Assembly: GCF_009914755.1 (NCBI RefSeq)
Contig: NC_060935.1
DNA length: 64,000 bases
Source: the human T2T-CHM13v2.0 reference genome, Homo sapiens
Strand: one strand, 5' to 3'
Position numbers and translations under genes: made by a program. Below are positions 1-23,829 of this stretch, piece after piece. Numbering within the stretch: position 1 is the first letter of the stretch; every line of letters begins with the position of its first letter. A model generated the notes under the pieces. It had not been told where the DNA came from. It saw only the letters and a list, made by a program, of their open reading frames with translations, and searched no databases.

Positions 1-429
1 TTCTTATGTAAGAGAGCCTGGAGCTCTGTACACAAGGATTTAGTGTGTAATATTACCTCTCAGAAGAAACTGGACTTGAGGCTGTGGGCCAGTACCCCTG
101 TACCTTGCATTAAGAACCTAATAAGTGAAAATTCAGAATTACAACCCAAACTCGATGAGGGAATTGGCCCAGGGAGGTTGAGTGATTTTCTTGAATCGCA
201 CATTTAGTTGGTGGCAGAGCCAGGATAATAATGAAGGACCTTGAACTTCGCTCAGTCCGTGAGTTTTTTTCTATTACTCCATCGGTAATTATTTCCTTTA
301 CTAAAATGTACATTCTTATGATATCTTTAAAATCATGCTCACCCTTGTATTTAACAAATGATTTACTAACAGTTGATTTACATACAATTTTTAAGGAACA
401 TATTTATAGCATAGAAAGTGGTGCAGAGG

Positions 430-700
430 GTTTTACCAAATTTCTCTGGGGTGTCCAGGTCCCCTGGTCCTTCCAGAGGTGCGTATTCATAAGTAAATGT
501 TGGCATTCTGTCATCCATTTTTTCCAGATGTTCTTCCCAAGTAGTGTGTTATGTTTTGTGTTTTTAATATTTCTCATACACGTTTTTAAAAATCTGGGCA
601 CATAAATCCTAATAAAACTCTCAACTATCTCCTCTGTGCTGTCTCAAATTTCTGAGTATGCTTATATTCATGACACAGTGTCTGAAGTCATGAATGCTAT
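430..700 (-). mobile_element. Ancient RTE-clade (L4/RTE-X-like) LINE ORF2 C-terminal fragment
   Basis: Minus-strand translation with stops and a frameshift gives KFETAQRR*LRVLLGF...LKTQNIT and WEEHLEKMDDRMPTFTYEYAPLEGPGDLDTPEKF, resembling the RTE/RTE-X C-terminal pattern (E.A.MRFLR.LLG...W.EH..RM...R.P....Y.P.G.R..GRP.K.W). Confidence 0.6.
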
Positions 701-1431
701 CACATAATAAGGACTTATATCCCTAAACCCCAGTCTTATGTTTCTAGATGTTCTGAAAATTCTTCACACTTCACTTATAAATGCCGCTATACTGTACCAT
801 GACATTTCCATGGTAACATATATTTCAAACATGAAAACAAGAAGCCCAAGGAAAAGGGAAGTTGGTTTCCAATGCATAAATTAAAAAATTAAAAATTGTA
901 GAATACATAAAATGAGGTGATGGGTGTAGTATAAGGGGATACAATTAGGGGACTGTATATTTTATTCTACTTTGACCTCTCCTGAACAGAATGTTCCTGT
1001 AGGCTCACCTTAGGGATGGGCAGTATCTACCACCCTCCCAGTGGCCCAATCTTGGAATCATGTTTTCTTTGACCCTGACATCCTGGCAGGTCCATGTGAT
1101 TTCCCTAACATCTCTTACTGTCACCTACTGCAACTGGACAGGGGTGGTCACCCACCTCTCACCTCACTGTCTGAAGACCATCCCCTACACTGCTCCTGTG
1201 CTATTTGGCTTGGAGTTTGCTGAAAACTGGAGACTTTTGGACACCAACTTTTTGAGCTAGCTCAATCATGCCCCACTTTGTGCCTGGAATCCCTCTCTGC
1301 TGCCATCCACCTGGGAAACTCCCCTTTTGGACTCAAGCCTCAGCCTCACCATTGCTGTTCTCCCCCACCACCCACCAACCCACTCAGTGAAGCAGCCACC
1401 CTCCCCTACCACCATGTAAAATGCACATTCT

Positions 1432-2639
<1,208 letters not shown>

Positions 2640-2844
2640 AATGCACATTCTGATGTCAAGAAAACTGTAACACTTAACTGAACTTTGTTGTTTGCAGGAT
2701 GTTTTTCTTCTCTACTAGCCCAGGACCTCCTAAAAGCCAAGCCCACATCTGATTGTTCCATGTTCCCTGCATCCAGAATAAACCTTGCGTGGAACTGCTC
2801 AATAAATGTTTGATAGATGAATGAAAGAAGGGATTTTATGGTAA

Positions 2845-5220
<2,376 letters not shown>

Positions 5221-5249
5221 TTCATAAGTAATTCATTATTTCTTGTATT

Positions 5250-5980
<731 letters not shown>

Positions 5981-6019
5981 GTATCCCACACCTTACATGT
6001 TACTTCTTTCTGGATTCGA

Positions 6020-7165
<1,146 letters not shown>

Positions 7166-7220
7166 CTGTTTATTTGCTGTCTTCGTATGTTTCTCCAGTT
7201 TTGGAAAATTATCAATAATT

Positions 7221-8455
<1,235 letters not shown>

Positions 8456-9153
8456 TAAATCTTTCTGGAACTCCTATGAGACATCTGTTTGGCTCTCTCT
8501 TTTTATTCTTCATTTCTCTTAAATTCTTGTTCGGGTTTTCTCTCTTTATCTCTCTTTACTCCATTTGGGGCATGTCCTCAAAATGTTTCTTCAGATTCCC
8601 TCTTCAGCTAGCTCGAATATGTAGGTTAACTCATCTTTGAGTCTTTAATTTTAGTAACTATGTTTTTATTTCTGGAAGTTCTATATGGTTCTTTTTCAAA
8701 TTTCCCAACTCTTTCTCCTCCATACTATTCTGTTCCTTTATTATGGCTTCTATTTTTATATATATATATTTTTTTTCTCTTTTTTGAGACAGGGTTTCAC
8801 TATGTTGCCCAAGCTGCTCTTGAACTCCTGGGCTCAAGCAATCTGCCCACCTCAGCCTCCCAAAGTGCTATAATTACATGCATGAGCCACTGCGCCTGAC
8901 CAGGCTTCTACACTTTCTTATCTCTCTATTTTAATCATCCTTACTTCATAGTCTCTTTCAGGTGTTTCCATTTTTACCCTTCATATCTCTAGTTTGTTTT
9001 GTTTGTTGACTCTCTATTTTGATCTTTTTTTTCCTCATGTGATTTGTTACTTTCTGAGAGTATTTTCCTCAGGATATTTTTTTTTCTAATAAATTTGTCA
9101 AGCATCCCTATCGAGGTATTTTGATTTGCTTCAGCCTAAAGCTAAGAGTTTTA

Positions 9154-10295
<1,142 letters not shown>

Positions 10296-10454
10296 GATTT
10301 GCATTATAATTCATCCAGCACCTCCATGTGTCTATAGCAAGGAGTGCGATGTGAGACCCATCTTCATTAGTGTAGCTGATCATGTTTCTGGAAGTTGCCA
10401 GATGAGAAACAATAATTCTGTCAAGTATACACTTATTTTTCTTAATATAATTTA

Positions 10455-10974
<520 letters not shown>

Positions 10975-10995
10975 TTGGAGGTAGACATTATCTCC

Positions 10996-11836
<841 letters not shown>

Positions 11837-11871
11837 TCTCCATTTTGTTTATTTATTTACTTATTTATTTT

Positions 11872-11981
11872 AGACTAGTTAAGTTCAGTAGTGAGAAAGA
11901 GGGAAGGAATAGAACGAGGAGTTCAATCTGTGACTGACAGTGAACAATTGATTGAGATAACTCACTACCTTTGGACCAGCC
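11872..11981 (-). pseudogene. Y1 RNA (RNY1) processed pseudogene
   Basis: Reverse complement reads GGCTGGTCCAAAGGTAGTGAGTTATCTCAAT...CTCACTACTGAACTTAACTAGTCT, full-length hY1-like; A-rich tail at 11847-11871; TSD ATCTCCATTTT at 11836-11846 and 11982-11992. Confidence 0.93.
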
Positions 11982-12714
11982 ATCTCCATTTTATAAATAA
12001 GAAAACTGAAGCTCAGAAAGGTTGTCTAAACTGCCAAAGCCATAGAACTTTAAGTGCGGAAATAGGTTTTGTGTTCAATCTGCTTCTCTATAAAATCCCA
12101 TACAGGACATCCAGGCATCTAAAAGGTAGCTCAGTATCTCTGCCTTCTCTCCATTGTTAGCCTTGATGGACAATTTTTGCTGGAGCAAATATTCTGAAAA
12201 AGATTCCTCCTGTTTCCTATGGGAGTAGACAGCAAGCAGGTGAAGCCGGGCTCTCTTGAGCCTGGGACCCCCCGGTAGGAGCATTTGGCTGGAAAGATGT
12301 GGAAGTCAATAAGCATTTCCTCCACCACCCAGAAGCATCTCCAAGCTCAGGCAGGAGGTGGGCAGTGAAGGGGAATACCAAGCATCCTGCACATCAGGTA
12401 GAAGGAGGAAGCCCAGGCCATGGCAGGACTTACCTGTTGAGTCCTGCTGGGTTTGGGCAATGTCTCAGCAGAGACTGGCATACTCTCAGGCTTTTCACTT
12501 CCTTCCTTAGACTGGGGGCGCCTCTTGCCCTGTGCATCTTGCACAAAGCCTGGTCCTGAGTAGGTGCCCTGCAAAGGTGCAGGGGATCAATGGGGGTGAC
12601 TGAGTCTAACTGAAGAAAAAGAAGGCATTTCAAGTCTCTATAGGTTGGGGACTTTAATGAGTGTAAATAGCTACCCTTTATTGAGCATTGTTTATGTGTG
12701 GACACTTTTTATGC

Positions 12715-13058
12715 ATGTATATTGGAATATTTTTAGCTGTAAGTAATGATAACTAACAGTGACTTAAATAAGTAGTTATTTTCTGGCATAATAAGAATTC
12801 CAAAGGTGCTCCTTTGGTCTTTCCATCTTGGTTACAAGATGGCTGTGACACCCTGCCCTCACCTCCAAGTTCAAGGCAGGCAGGGGTTGGGAGGTGCGGA
12901 CAGTTCAGACTCAGCAGTCCTGTTTCATCAGGAAAGCAAAAGCTCTCCCAGTAACTCCCAGCAGAGTTCTACTAAATCTCATTGGCCCAAGGGAGCTGCA
13001 GTGGTAGGTAACAAGGAGCAAATGGCTTTTGGGTAGCCAGTCAACAGGGTCTGCCATG
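12715..13058 (-). mobile_element. LTR33-like ERVL LTR fragment
   Basis: End gggtagccagtcaacagggtctgcca and internal ggttacaagatggctg resemble the recalled LTR33 consensus. Confidence 0.55.
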
Positions 13059-13419
13059 TGCATAGAAAGCACAGTATGTATTTGGCATGGAGTCGGTACT
13101 CAATAAGCATTAGCTATTTGGCGTGCCTGTGTGTGTTTGTGTGTCTGCGTGTGGTTATATGTATATTTTCCATTTTCCCAAACAGTCCTTGGAAGTAGCA
13201 TCCTCCTTTACTAATGGGACCTAACACACAGCTGGCAAAAGGCACAGTTAGAGCCACACATCAGACTCATTTCTTTCTGACTGAAGTCTGAGGGCTCTTT
13301 CCATTGCCATGCTATGTTCCACCCTCCCCTTCAACTGCCCCTCTAAAGTCTTGTCTTGGAGTCACATGAGGTCCAAGTGGGCTTGATGAAGAAAGAATAG
13401 GGAAGGAGATCAGATCAGT

Positions 13420-14002
<583 letters not shown>

Positions 14003-14119
14003 GGAGCTCAGTTCTGAAATAAGTTGACACCTGTCCCTGGGGCTATCCACAGAGTAACGATGAAGTCATGAGAGGAGGTTCAATAACTGTGTGCTAGAGT
14101 CATACCTCCACCTGAGTGC

Positions 14120-14870
<751 letters not shown>

Positions 14871-15024
14871 GACATTATGAAAAGGATGCTGGACTTGGTA
14901 AAGATACAAATGGGCTTATAATGTTGGTCAGGTGAGACATGTTGCATTGGTGAAATTATAAATTGATATTGTTTTCTCAGAGCAATTTCGCAATGAGCAT
15001 CACGAAGCTTTAAAGAGTTTAAAC

Positions 15025-15860
<836 letters not shown>

Positions 15861-17704
15861 AAGAAATGTGTTTTACTGGGAGAAAAGAGATCTGCCCCCA
15901 GGGTTCTGAGGGTTTAGTGGAGGAAATGAGACACGTACACAGATACGCTTATTACAAGGCAGTAAGAGCTATCACGGAGGTTTTATCAAGTGTGGAGGAA
16001 AGGATTAGCTCTGCCTGGGAGAGTTGAAGGTTAGTGAAAAGAGGTAACATTTGTTCGGGCCTTGAAGGATGAATAGGGGTCCTCTAGGGCTTTGTAAACT
16101 GTGAAGCACTATCTAAGTGTAAGTTAGTCTTTGACTTTTATGATTACTGTCAAGGCTTACCTCATATAAAGCTCTCTTTCTTGTCTCTTTCCCATGCTCC
16201 CTGAAGCCCAGGATCCCTGGGACAGGAAGCAGCAGCAGTTAAACAGTCACACATCAGTGCTCCAGCAAGTGAACTGAGGTGCATCCAACTAAGGAGCAGA
16301 TCCAGGACCAGAGGAAATAAAATTATCTGGGAGCAGGGCCAGGAAGGTGCTGGTGGGTAAACAGTTCCCCCTTATTTGCCACCCTGTGGTAAGGCTGGCT
16401 TTGCTTGAGGCCTCCACCCTGAGATTTGGGGCCATCTCCATCTGGGGGATGGTAAAACCTGCGAACGAGCATCACACAGCAGTCTATGATTTACATTGGC
16501 AGGAAATGGTGTGTCAGATGTCCTTACAGCCTCCAGACAGGGTGGAGTGGAAAGGAGGGGTGTGAGTGAGGGGATCAGGAAGGGTGACAAGAGATGATTT
16601 GTACGGGAGAAATTCTTAGAGAAGCTCAAGATTGGAAGGGACTTAAAAGTTCTGTGATTTAATCCTCCCAATCCCCTTCCTAGCATCTCTATCACATTGT
16701 CATTCTTCCCAGGTGCAGCTCAGAGGCCATCTCTTCTATTACCTTCCACTTCAGTTCCTCTGGCCTATGCTTCAGGCATTTCCCATTATTTAATTTTACG
16801 AAAGAAAATTCAGTGTCCGCTGCCTGCCAGGCACTGTGCTTAGAATAGGTCCTCAATTGCAGTATGCCCTCCTGTGCCTCCTGTTGTTTATTTATTTATT
16901 TATGCAACGAATGTACACCGAATGCCTATTATATGCCAGGTAATGTTCTAGATGTTGTAACAGAGTGGAGGAAAATACAGCCAGGATCTCAGGCTCTCAC
17001 GGACCTGTCATTCTAGTAGGAGAGATATAAAATAAACAAATGAAAAAATAAAATATTGGGTTATAAATGTCAAGAAGGAGCCAGCTTTGGAAAATTTAGG
17101 GGAAGAACTTTCTATACAAAGAGAACAGCTAGTTCCAAGATCCTATGGGGGTAACTCCTGTTTGCTCTAGGAACAAAAGGAAGGAAACTGTGGCCTTGTG
17201 CATGGAAAATGCTTTCTTCTTTATCTGTAAATGAAAATATTCTTATGTGTCAGGAGGTAGTTCAAGCATTGCCTCTTTAGGGAAATCTATCCTGATTTCT
17301 CAGGTAGAAGTGACCACTATCTCCTTTCCTCCTCACCGCCCCTGAGTAGACTTCTGTGAGCACACCTGTGACACTTTGCCATTCTTACCACATTAAATCA
17401 TTGTGACTTCCTAGTGGACCTCAGTCTCATTCAAGGGCAGGACTGAGCTTCCTAACTAAATCCCTAATGTTCAGGATAGAACCTGGCACAGAGTCTGTGA
17501 TCAGTAATGGTTTGTTCCTAGAATACTGAACTGTCACCCAGCACCCTATCAGAGCCTCACTAGTGATGCTTATTTGGAATTGAAAACAATTTATTGATCA
17601 GTGCCAGGCCCTGTGCTGGGTACTTTCCACCCTGCTCATTCTTATAAGTCTCACAGTCAACATGTCCAGTAAGTATCACTATTTTATTCTATAACTAAAA
17701 CTCA

Positions 17705-17960
17705 GGCCAGACTCAGTGGCTCATGCCTGTAATTCCAGCACTTTGGGAGGCTGAGGCAGGAGGATCACTTGAACCCAGGAGTTCAAGACCAGCCTGGGCA
17801 ACAGAGTAAGACCCCATCTCTACAAAAAAATAAGAAAAACTGGGTATGGTAGTGCACACCTGTAGCCCTAGCTAGTCGGGAGGCTGAGATGGGAGGATCA
17901 CTTGAGCCCAGGAAATGGAGGCTGCAGTAAGCTGTGATTACACCACTGCACTCCAGCCTC
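17705..17960 (+). mobile_element. AluJ inserted in a MIR
   Basis: AluJ sequence with MIR core remnants on both sides. Confidence 0.8.
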
Positions 17961-20900
17961 CCAAAGAGGGAGAAACTTAGAGAATTAAAGTGATTATCTG
18001 AGGTGGCTCAGTAAGAAGAAACAGAACTAAGATTTGAACCCAAGTCCTCTTGATGTCAAATCCCAATGGTTCCTCTTCTATGTGATGTGACTCATGATGC
18101 ATTAGTTCATCTGTCCTCTCTTTTCTCCTATATAATCATTTTCCTGGGAAAAGGGTCTGTTTTGTTTTTTTTTTTTACTTCATTCTACTATATTCCTTAT
18201 GACACCAGAACAGTGCTTTGTATTTAGTACACAGTCAATACATATGTCTTAAATCTCCAAGAGGTAGAAAAGAAAGAATGAATGTGTGAATGAATGCTTC
18301 ACCCAAAGTGAATCAGTCTCTGATAACAGTTCATAGGATGGTGATGGGCTGGAGAGAGGCGTTTCTGAGGGGAGGCGCCTTCCCAGATACCTCCAGGTGT
18401 CGATTCCAGGAGGGCCTGGAGAGAGCTGAGGATGCTGTCTCTGTGCTAAAGCACTTGTTTCTTAGAAATCACACCTTTTGCTCAGCTGCACATCTCGGCA
18501 GGCAGGCAGGGCAGAGGGGAACATGCATGGCTTCCAATGAGTTGGGAAAATGAGGTTAGGTTTCAATTCAGATACTTATTTGTGTTTTCTAGGTCTGCAC
18601 GGTCGATGAATTTTCAACGAGCAGTGATTCTGTTCCTCATCTTTCATTGCTTTATGGGACTTCAGGGAATGAAAGCATAACATCCTGCTTTCCCATAAGT
18701 TCTCTGGCTGCTACACTGGCACCAATTAAAGACATGTCTATGCAATTAATCAAAACCAATTTGGAAGCACTCTGGCGCTGCTCCTCTGATGTGCTGCCTG
18801 CTCCACATACAGTAGTTCCTCAGCTGCGGTGATGGAGCCAGGCACATAGGAGCTTTTGATGAACTGGCTGTACTGGCCCCAAGTGTTAACTATGTCATCT
18901 GACATGACTAATGAGGCTCCGGACTTGATCCGCGTGAGCGGAGCAGCCCTGCTGTCTGGAGGAGGCTCAGTTTCCACAGCCAGCCTGGGAAGAGGCTGCA
19001 ACGTGCAGGGTACACACTGCATCATGTCAGCTGGAGTCCTAGAGGCCTCTAGCGTTGGAGCTGGGAGTCATCCATGGAGAGGGTGATGGAAACTGTGGGC
19101 CAGGCTCTGTGTTGGGCGCCAGTGTGAATGTGACCCAATTTAAACTTCTAGCTCAGCCTCCTCATTTTAGACCTGAAAATCAAGACCCAGCAAAAGTGTG
19201 AGGCTTGCCAAAGACCTGAACTTTGGAGAGAGAAATGATGGAGAAAGCAGGGTCTCTGCCCTAGATGAGAGGTAAATATGTATGAGGGTAACAACTGGGG
19301 CCTGGTGCAAGTATACTTCATCAAGGGTTAACCATAGGCTTCCTTTCTTCCTTCTGCAAACCTTTATCAAGGGGAAGGGTTGCTTGTGCCCTTGTCACCT
19401 CAGCAATTCCAAGAGCATGGAATTTGGAGTCAACAGATCTGTGTTTGAGTCCCAGCCCTACTTTGAGTTGATGTAATCTTGCAAATCACTTCATTTTTCT
19501 GAGCCTTGGTTTCCTCAGCTGTAACATTGGAATAGGCCATATACTGCCCAGCCAGCCTACTTCCATGAGCCCTTCTGTGACTCAACTGAGTTAATGGGTG
19601 TGAAAGTGTAAGTAAGAGCCTCTGCACGTGTTAGTTATTATTCCAGTTTTCATCCCCCTAAGGAGCACTGGCTGAAATCTCTGGAATATGGATCCACAGA
19701 TAGCTTTAACTCTCTTCCTCTTCCTGCCTCTTTCAAATGGACATAAAAACCAATTGGTCATCCGCCTAAAATCTCAACAGCTTTCCCAGAGAGCCCATGC
19801 ATAGAAAGAGGAAGAACTCAACCGTTGTAAATTAATGTCATTCCATACATTGATTGAGCACCTACCACATGCCAGACATTGTGTGAGGGATCGGAGTTGG
19901 ATAAGACATGTTTCTTGGCCACCTTGAGAAGCTCACCATTTAGTAGGAGAAACAGAGCTGGGCATAAATAACTATAATGTACTGCAGACAAATGCAATTG
20001 CCATAGGAAAGATACAAATCAAGTGTTTTGGGAGCCAGAGGATGGAGTGATTCATTCCCCAAAAGGAGACTGGAAAAAGGTTCATCAACGAAGTGGTACT
20101 GAAGGATGGGCAGGGCTTAGCTCTGTCAGGAAGAACGAGGCAGGGCACTCCAGACAGAGAGACCAGCATAGGCAAATGTATGAAATCTGGAAAGGAATGG
20201 TGATCTAAAGGACAGAACAAAATCAAGTAAGGTATTGGGAGTGAGCATGAATCAAAGAAAAATCACTGCACCCCAACTCTGAAACTCAGGCATAAATGTT
20301 GCTGTTTCACTGTTCTCTTTGCTGGCTGAGGTCACCTTGGCCTCTGTCCCTCAGTCAGAGAAAATCCCACACTGGCCCTTCCTCCAGCAAAGCCAAACCC
20401 AAGCCCCAGCCAGCAGAAGCAAAAACAAATGAACAGGGATCAACAATACCATTAGATGCAAAAATTCTTGAGCTGGGAAGGCCAGGTCACAGCCATACCT
20501 CCCCAGCCAGGGTAAGAGCTTGATCAGATGTGGCAATGACACCAACCCTGGAGCACGATGGCAAGGAACTTAACTTAAGCCTCTTGGCATGGGTCACAGG
20601 CTACATTTTTCTCCTTCCCCCCTCATCCAAAAGAAGCTAGCTTCTTCTTTATGAGTGCTGCTGTCAGAATGGCTTTGGAAAGCCTAGAGCTGCAGCTGAA
20701 CTCAAGGCATGGCCATGGGCCACCCCACGGACTTGTATTTTCTCAGTCTTTCTATCTTTCGTTGCGAATTTTTTTTATTGTGCAAATAATACAGTGTTAA
20801 GAACGGAAACTTCAAGAAGAGAAAGAGGAAAGAGAGCATCCACTCACATGTCATCTGTTTCCATTTCTCCTTGCCCTTTCCTGCTGTTGTCCATGAGCAT

Positions 20901-23130
20901 AATTTTTTGGCCGCTTTTATTACTGATACAACTACGTATTCTGTTTTTATTGCTTAGCCTTGTATCATACAAGGCTACTTATTGCCAGCCCCTGGTGTCC
21001 ACACTGGCTTGGCATTGTTCTCCCAAGACTGAAAAAATATGCCAGGTGTCATGTAAAGGGACTTTCCGCAGATAACATGATCGCCATTGACAACTGGCAT
21101 CATGTGGCAGAGGAAAAGCATCGACCGCTCTGCCATCATGTTGACTTGGGTTGGAATCTCAGCTCCTCTACTTCGAAGCTAGATGGCCCTGGGCAGATCA
21201 TTCCATCTCTTTGAGCCACAGTTCCTCATCTATAAGATGGGGATGGCATTAGTACCATCTTATGATACTAATGGGATCACAGTGAGAATTAAGTGAGATA
21301 CCAAAAGGGGAATGCTCAATAAAGAGCAGCTCTCCTTCCCAACCCTTGAGGGGCTGACCTAGACACCACTCTGCTTTTTCCTCTCTTGCCCACATTTGGC
21401 CACCTCCCCTCCCCTGGACCCAGCAGGCCCCCTGGGTGAGCCCACCTAAATTATGACAGGCATACCAGTCTGCATATTTATTATTCACTGGGTGAATTTG
21501 CTGTCTTTTACTTAAGTATTTTCCTCTGATGAAACTTTTGTTTTTGTCCAGTTTTTCACTATTTCCAATAATGATGCAAAAAAAAAATACCAGTGTGTGC
21601 CGCTCACCCTATGCTTTAAAAATTGTATTTTCTCAGAAACAATCCCCAGGAGTAGGATCACTGAGATAGAGGATAGAAACATTTTCAAGGTTTCTGATGT
21701 GTATTTCCAAATTGCTTTTCAGATTTGTACCTGTTATGCTGCCACCAATTTGAGGGAGGGAACCACTTAGGCTACATTGGAGGCCGCTGGGCCCTGGTCA
21801 CAAACTTCTGTCTCTGCTTTATTTCTACCATTGTCTTCTCTTAACATGGCTCCTGAACTTCTCACTCTATGGGACAATTCATTGTTTGTCCCCAAAATGA
21901 TGCTCCCATACTTTTGTGCCTTTGTACTTCCTATTAGTCTTCACCACCCTTGCCCAAGAATATTCTTCCTTTAAGATACCCTCTCACCTTAGAGCTCAAC
22001 CTTTGTGGAACTGGGAACTTCTATACTCTCTTCAAGACCCAGTTCAAACACCCCTCTCTCTGTGAACCAGTTCCAATCCCCCCAAGCAGAGTTCGTCACT
22101 TTTGTTATAAGTGGTACCTGGAGGAACCCTTGGCATCCAAGTGTTCACCAAGAGTCAGCCATCCCCTAACCTCAGCTACAGGCCCCAGTTTTCGTGATTC
22201 TCTCTTCTCTTTTCCTCTCTCACTCTTTGCACCAGGCAATCTCACCAGGTTTTCCCAACTCATGTCCTAAATATTCTTAGATCCACTTATCTTTGCCTCA
22301 TGGTCATTGCCAGAGCTATCACCTCTCCAGGATTCCTGCAATGGTCCCCACAAAAAAAAAAAAAAAAGAGTAATATGTACATGGTTCAAAAGCCAAAATA
22401 GTCTCCAAGGCTTATTATAAGAAACAGTAGATTCCTGCCCTAATCCTGCCTACCCCAAGCCTTACTCCTCAGAGACAACTAGCCACTTTCAGCTATTTCT
22501 TTTGGTATTTACTTCCATTTGCCAAATAAGATACCTATACTGCAGTTTCTTGATTTTAAGTTCAGGCATTATCTTTTTAAAATTTTTTTAAATTTTGTTT
22601 ATTAGTTTTATTACAGACCTAGTCCTTTTTTTTTTCTTTTAAGGGTATTCCTGAAACACCAAGGTTCAGACATTATCTACTGACTTTGAACAATGGAATA
22701 TTTCTCTAATAGCGCTTCTCTCCTCCGTTCTCTAATATAATTGTATCTACAATTATTTAACAATTTTTGGTTAATCATTTTGCAGTATTTACACATTATG
22801 ACCAGAGAAGCCATTAAAAAATATTTATCTTCTGAGATATCAACATCTCTTCTGGGGCTGCTATCTCTCCTGGTGAGGTTTGAGCCTCCTGGGGGCAGGT
22901 GGAGCACTCAGGGACAGGGGCTGATATGCAGGAGATGGGGCTGGCTGGCTATTGGCTGGCAGCCAGGTGGCACCAGTCTCAGGATGGTTCTCATGCAGGG
23001 CTCCCTGGGCCAGGTAGGTATAGCAAGCAAGGTTCAGGTCAGCCTTTTGGGGGAGCCAAAGGCAGTGCCCAGGAGGGACTGGAGGCTGCTGACTGGCACA
23101 GAAACTGAGTGATCTGAACAAATGCTGGCC

Positions 23131-23691
23131 TCTTGAACAGGGTTCTGGGGCCCCTGGCTATATGTCAGGTACTGTCTTTTTAGTAGCTGGATCTGATGGA
23201 TAGCCATAGTTAAGCCATCACAGTGCCTGGGATATAGCTGGACCTGACAGAGTTGGTCATCATACTGTTTTTCAAAGAGTTTGAGAGAAGACTTAGTGAT
23301 AGAGATACAGAAACTGAGCAAAATAAAACAAAAAGGCAATTATTTACGTAGGAGAACCTGAAATCTTAACAAGAATGGAAATATACTCACAGACCCCTAC
23401 ATGGCTTAATTATGAATAACATTTACATAGTCATAACCCCGGCCAACAGGACTGCATTAGGTACGTTCGACTGTATTGGTTATTAAAGTGTTGAAATATT
23501 TCTATACTGGCTAGTAAATAGTAGCCACCCTCAAGCTCCCTGGGTACCCTGTTGCCACTGTACCAGCCATCCCACCCACCCCCTCTCCCTGCCTCTTAGA
23601 ATTCCCTGGAACTTCCCAGGATCCATCAGATTCAGCTACTAAAAAGACAGTACCTGGCATATAGCCAGGGGCCCCAGAACCCTGTTCAAGA
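23131..23691. repeat. 71-bp inverted repeat (arms 23131-23201 and 23621-23691)
   Basis: Arms are reverse complements at 69/71 positions; 419-bp spacer. Confidence 0.97.
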
Positions 23692-23829
23692 TATATAATT
23701 AATACTATATAACTTTGTTTAATTTTAATACTTAAATGTTAATAGCCACATGTGGTTAATGGCTACCGTGTTGGACAGCACAGATCTAGAATGATGTGTT
23801 TTCCTGACAGGACACTGCTAATATAATAC

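Noticed and set aside
231-605. 124-aa + strand ORF
   Set aside because: Antisense to a decayed LINE relic, with no recognisable domain.
16170-16362. Possible exon after a pyrimidine tract, ending at GG|GTAAAC
   Set aside because: Ambiguous acceptor and weak donor; cannot be supported without transcript data.
23131-23691. Reading the inverted repeat as an intact MITE
   Set aside because: No target-site duplication flanks the outer ends (ctggcc versus tatata), and the spacer contains unrelated older repeat fragments.
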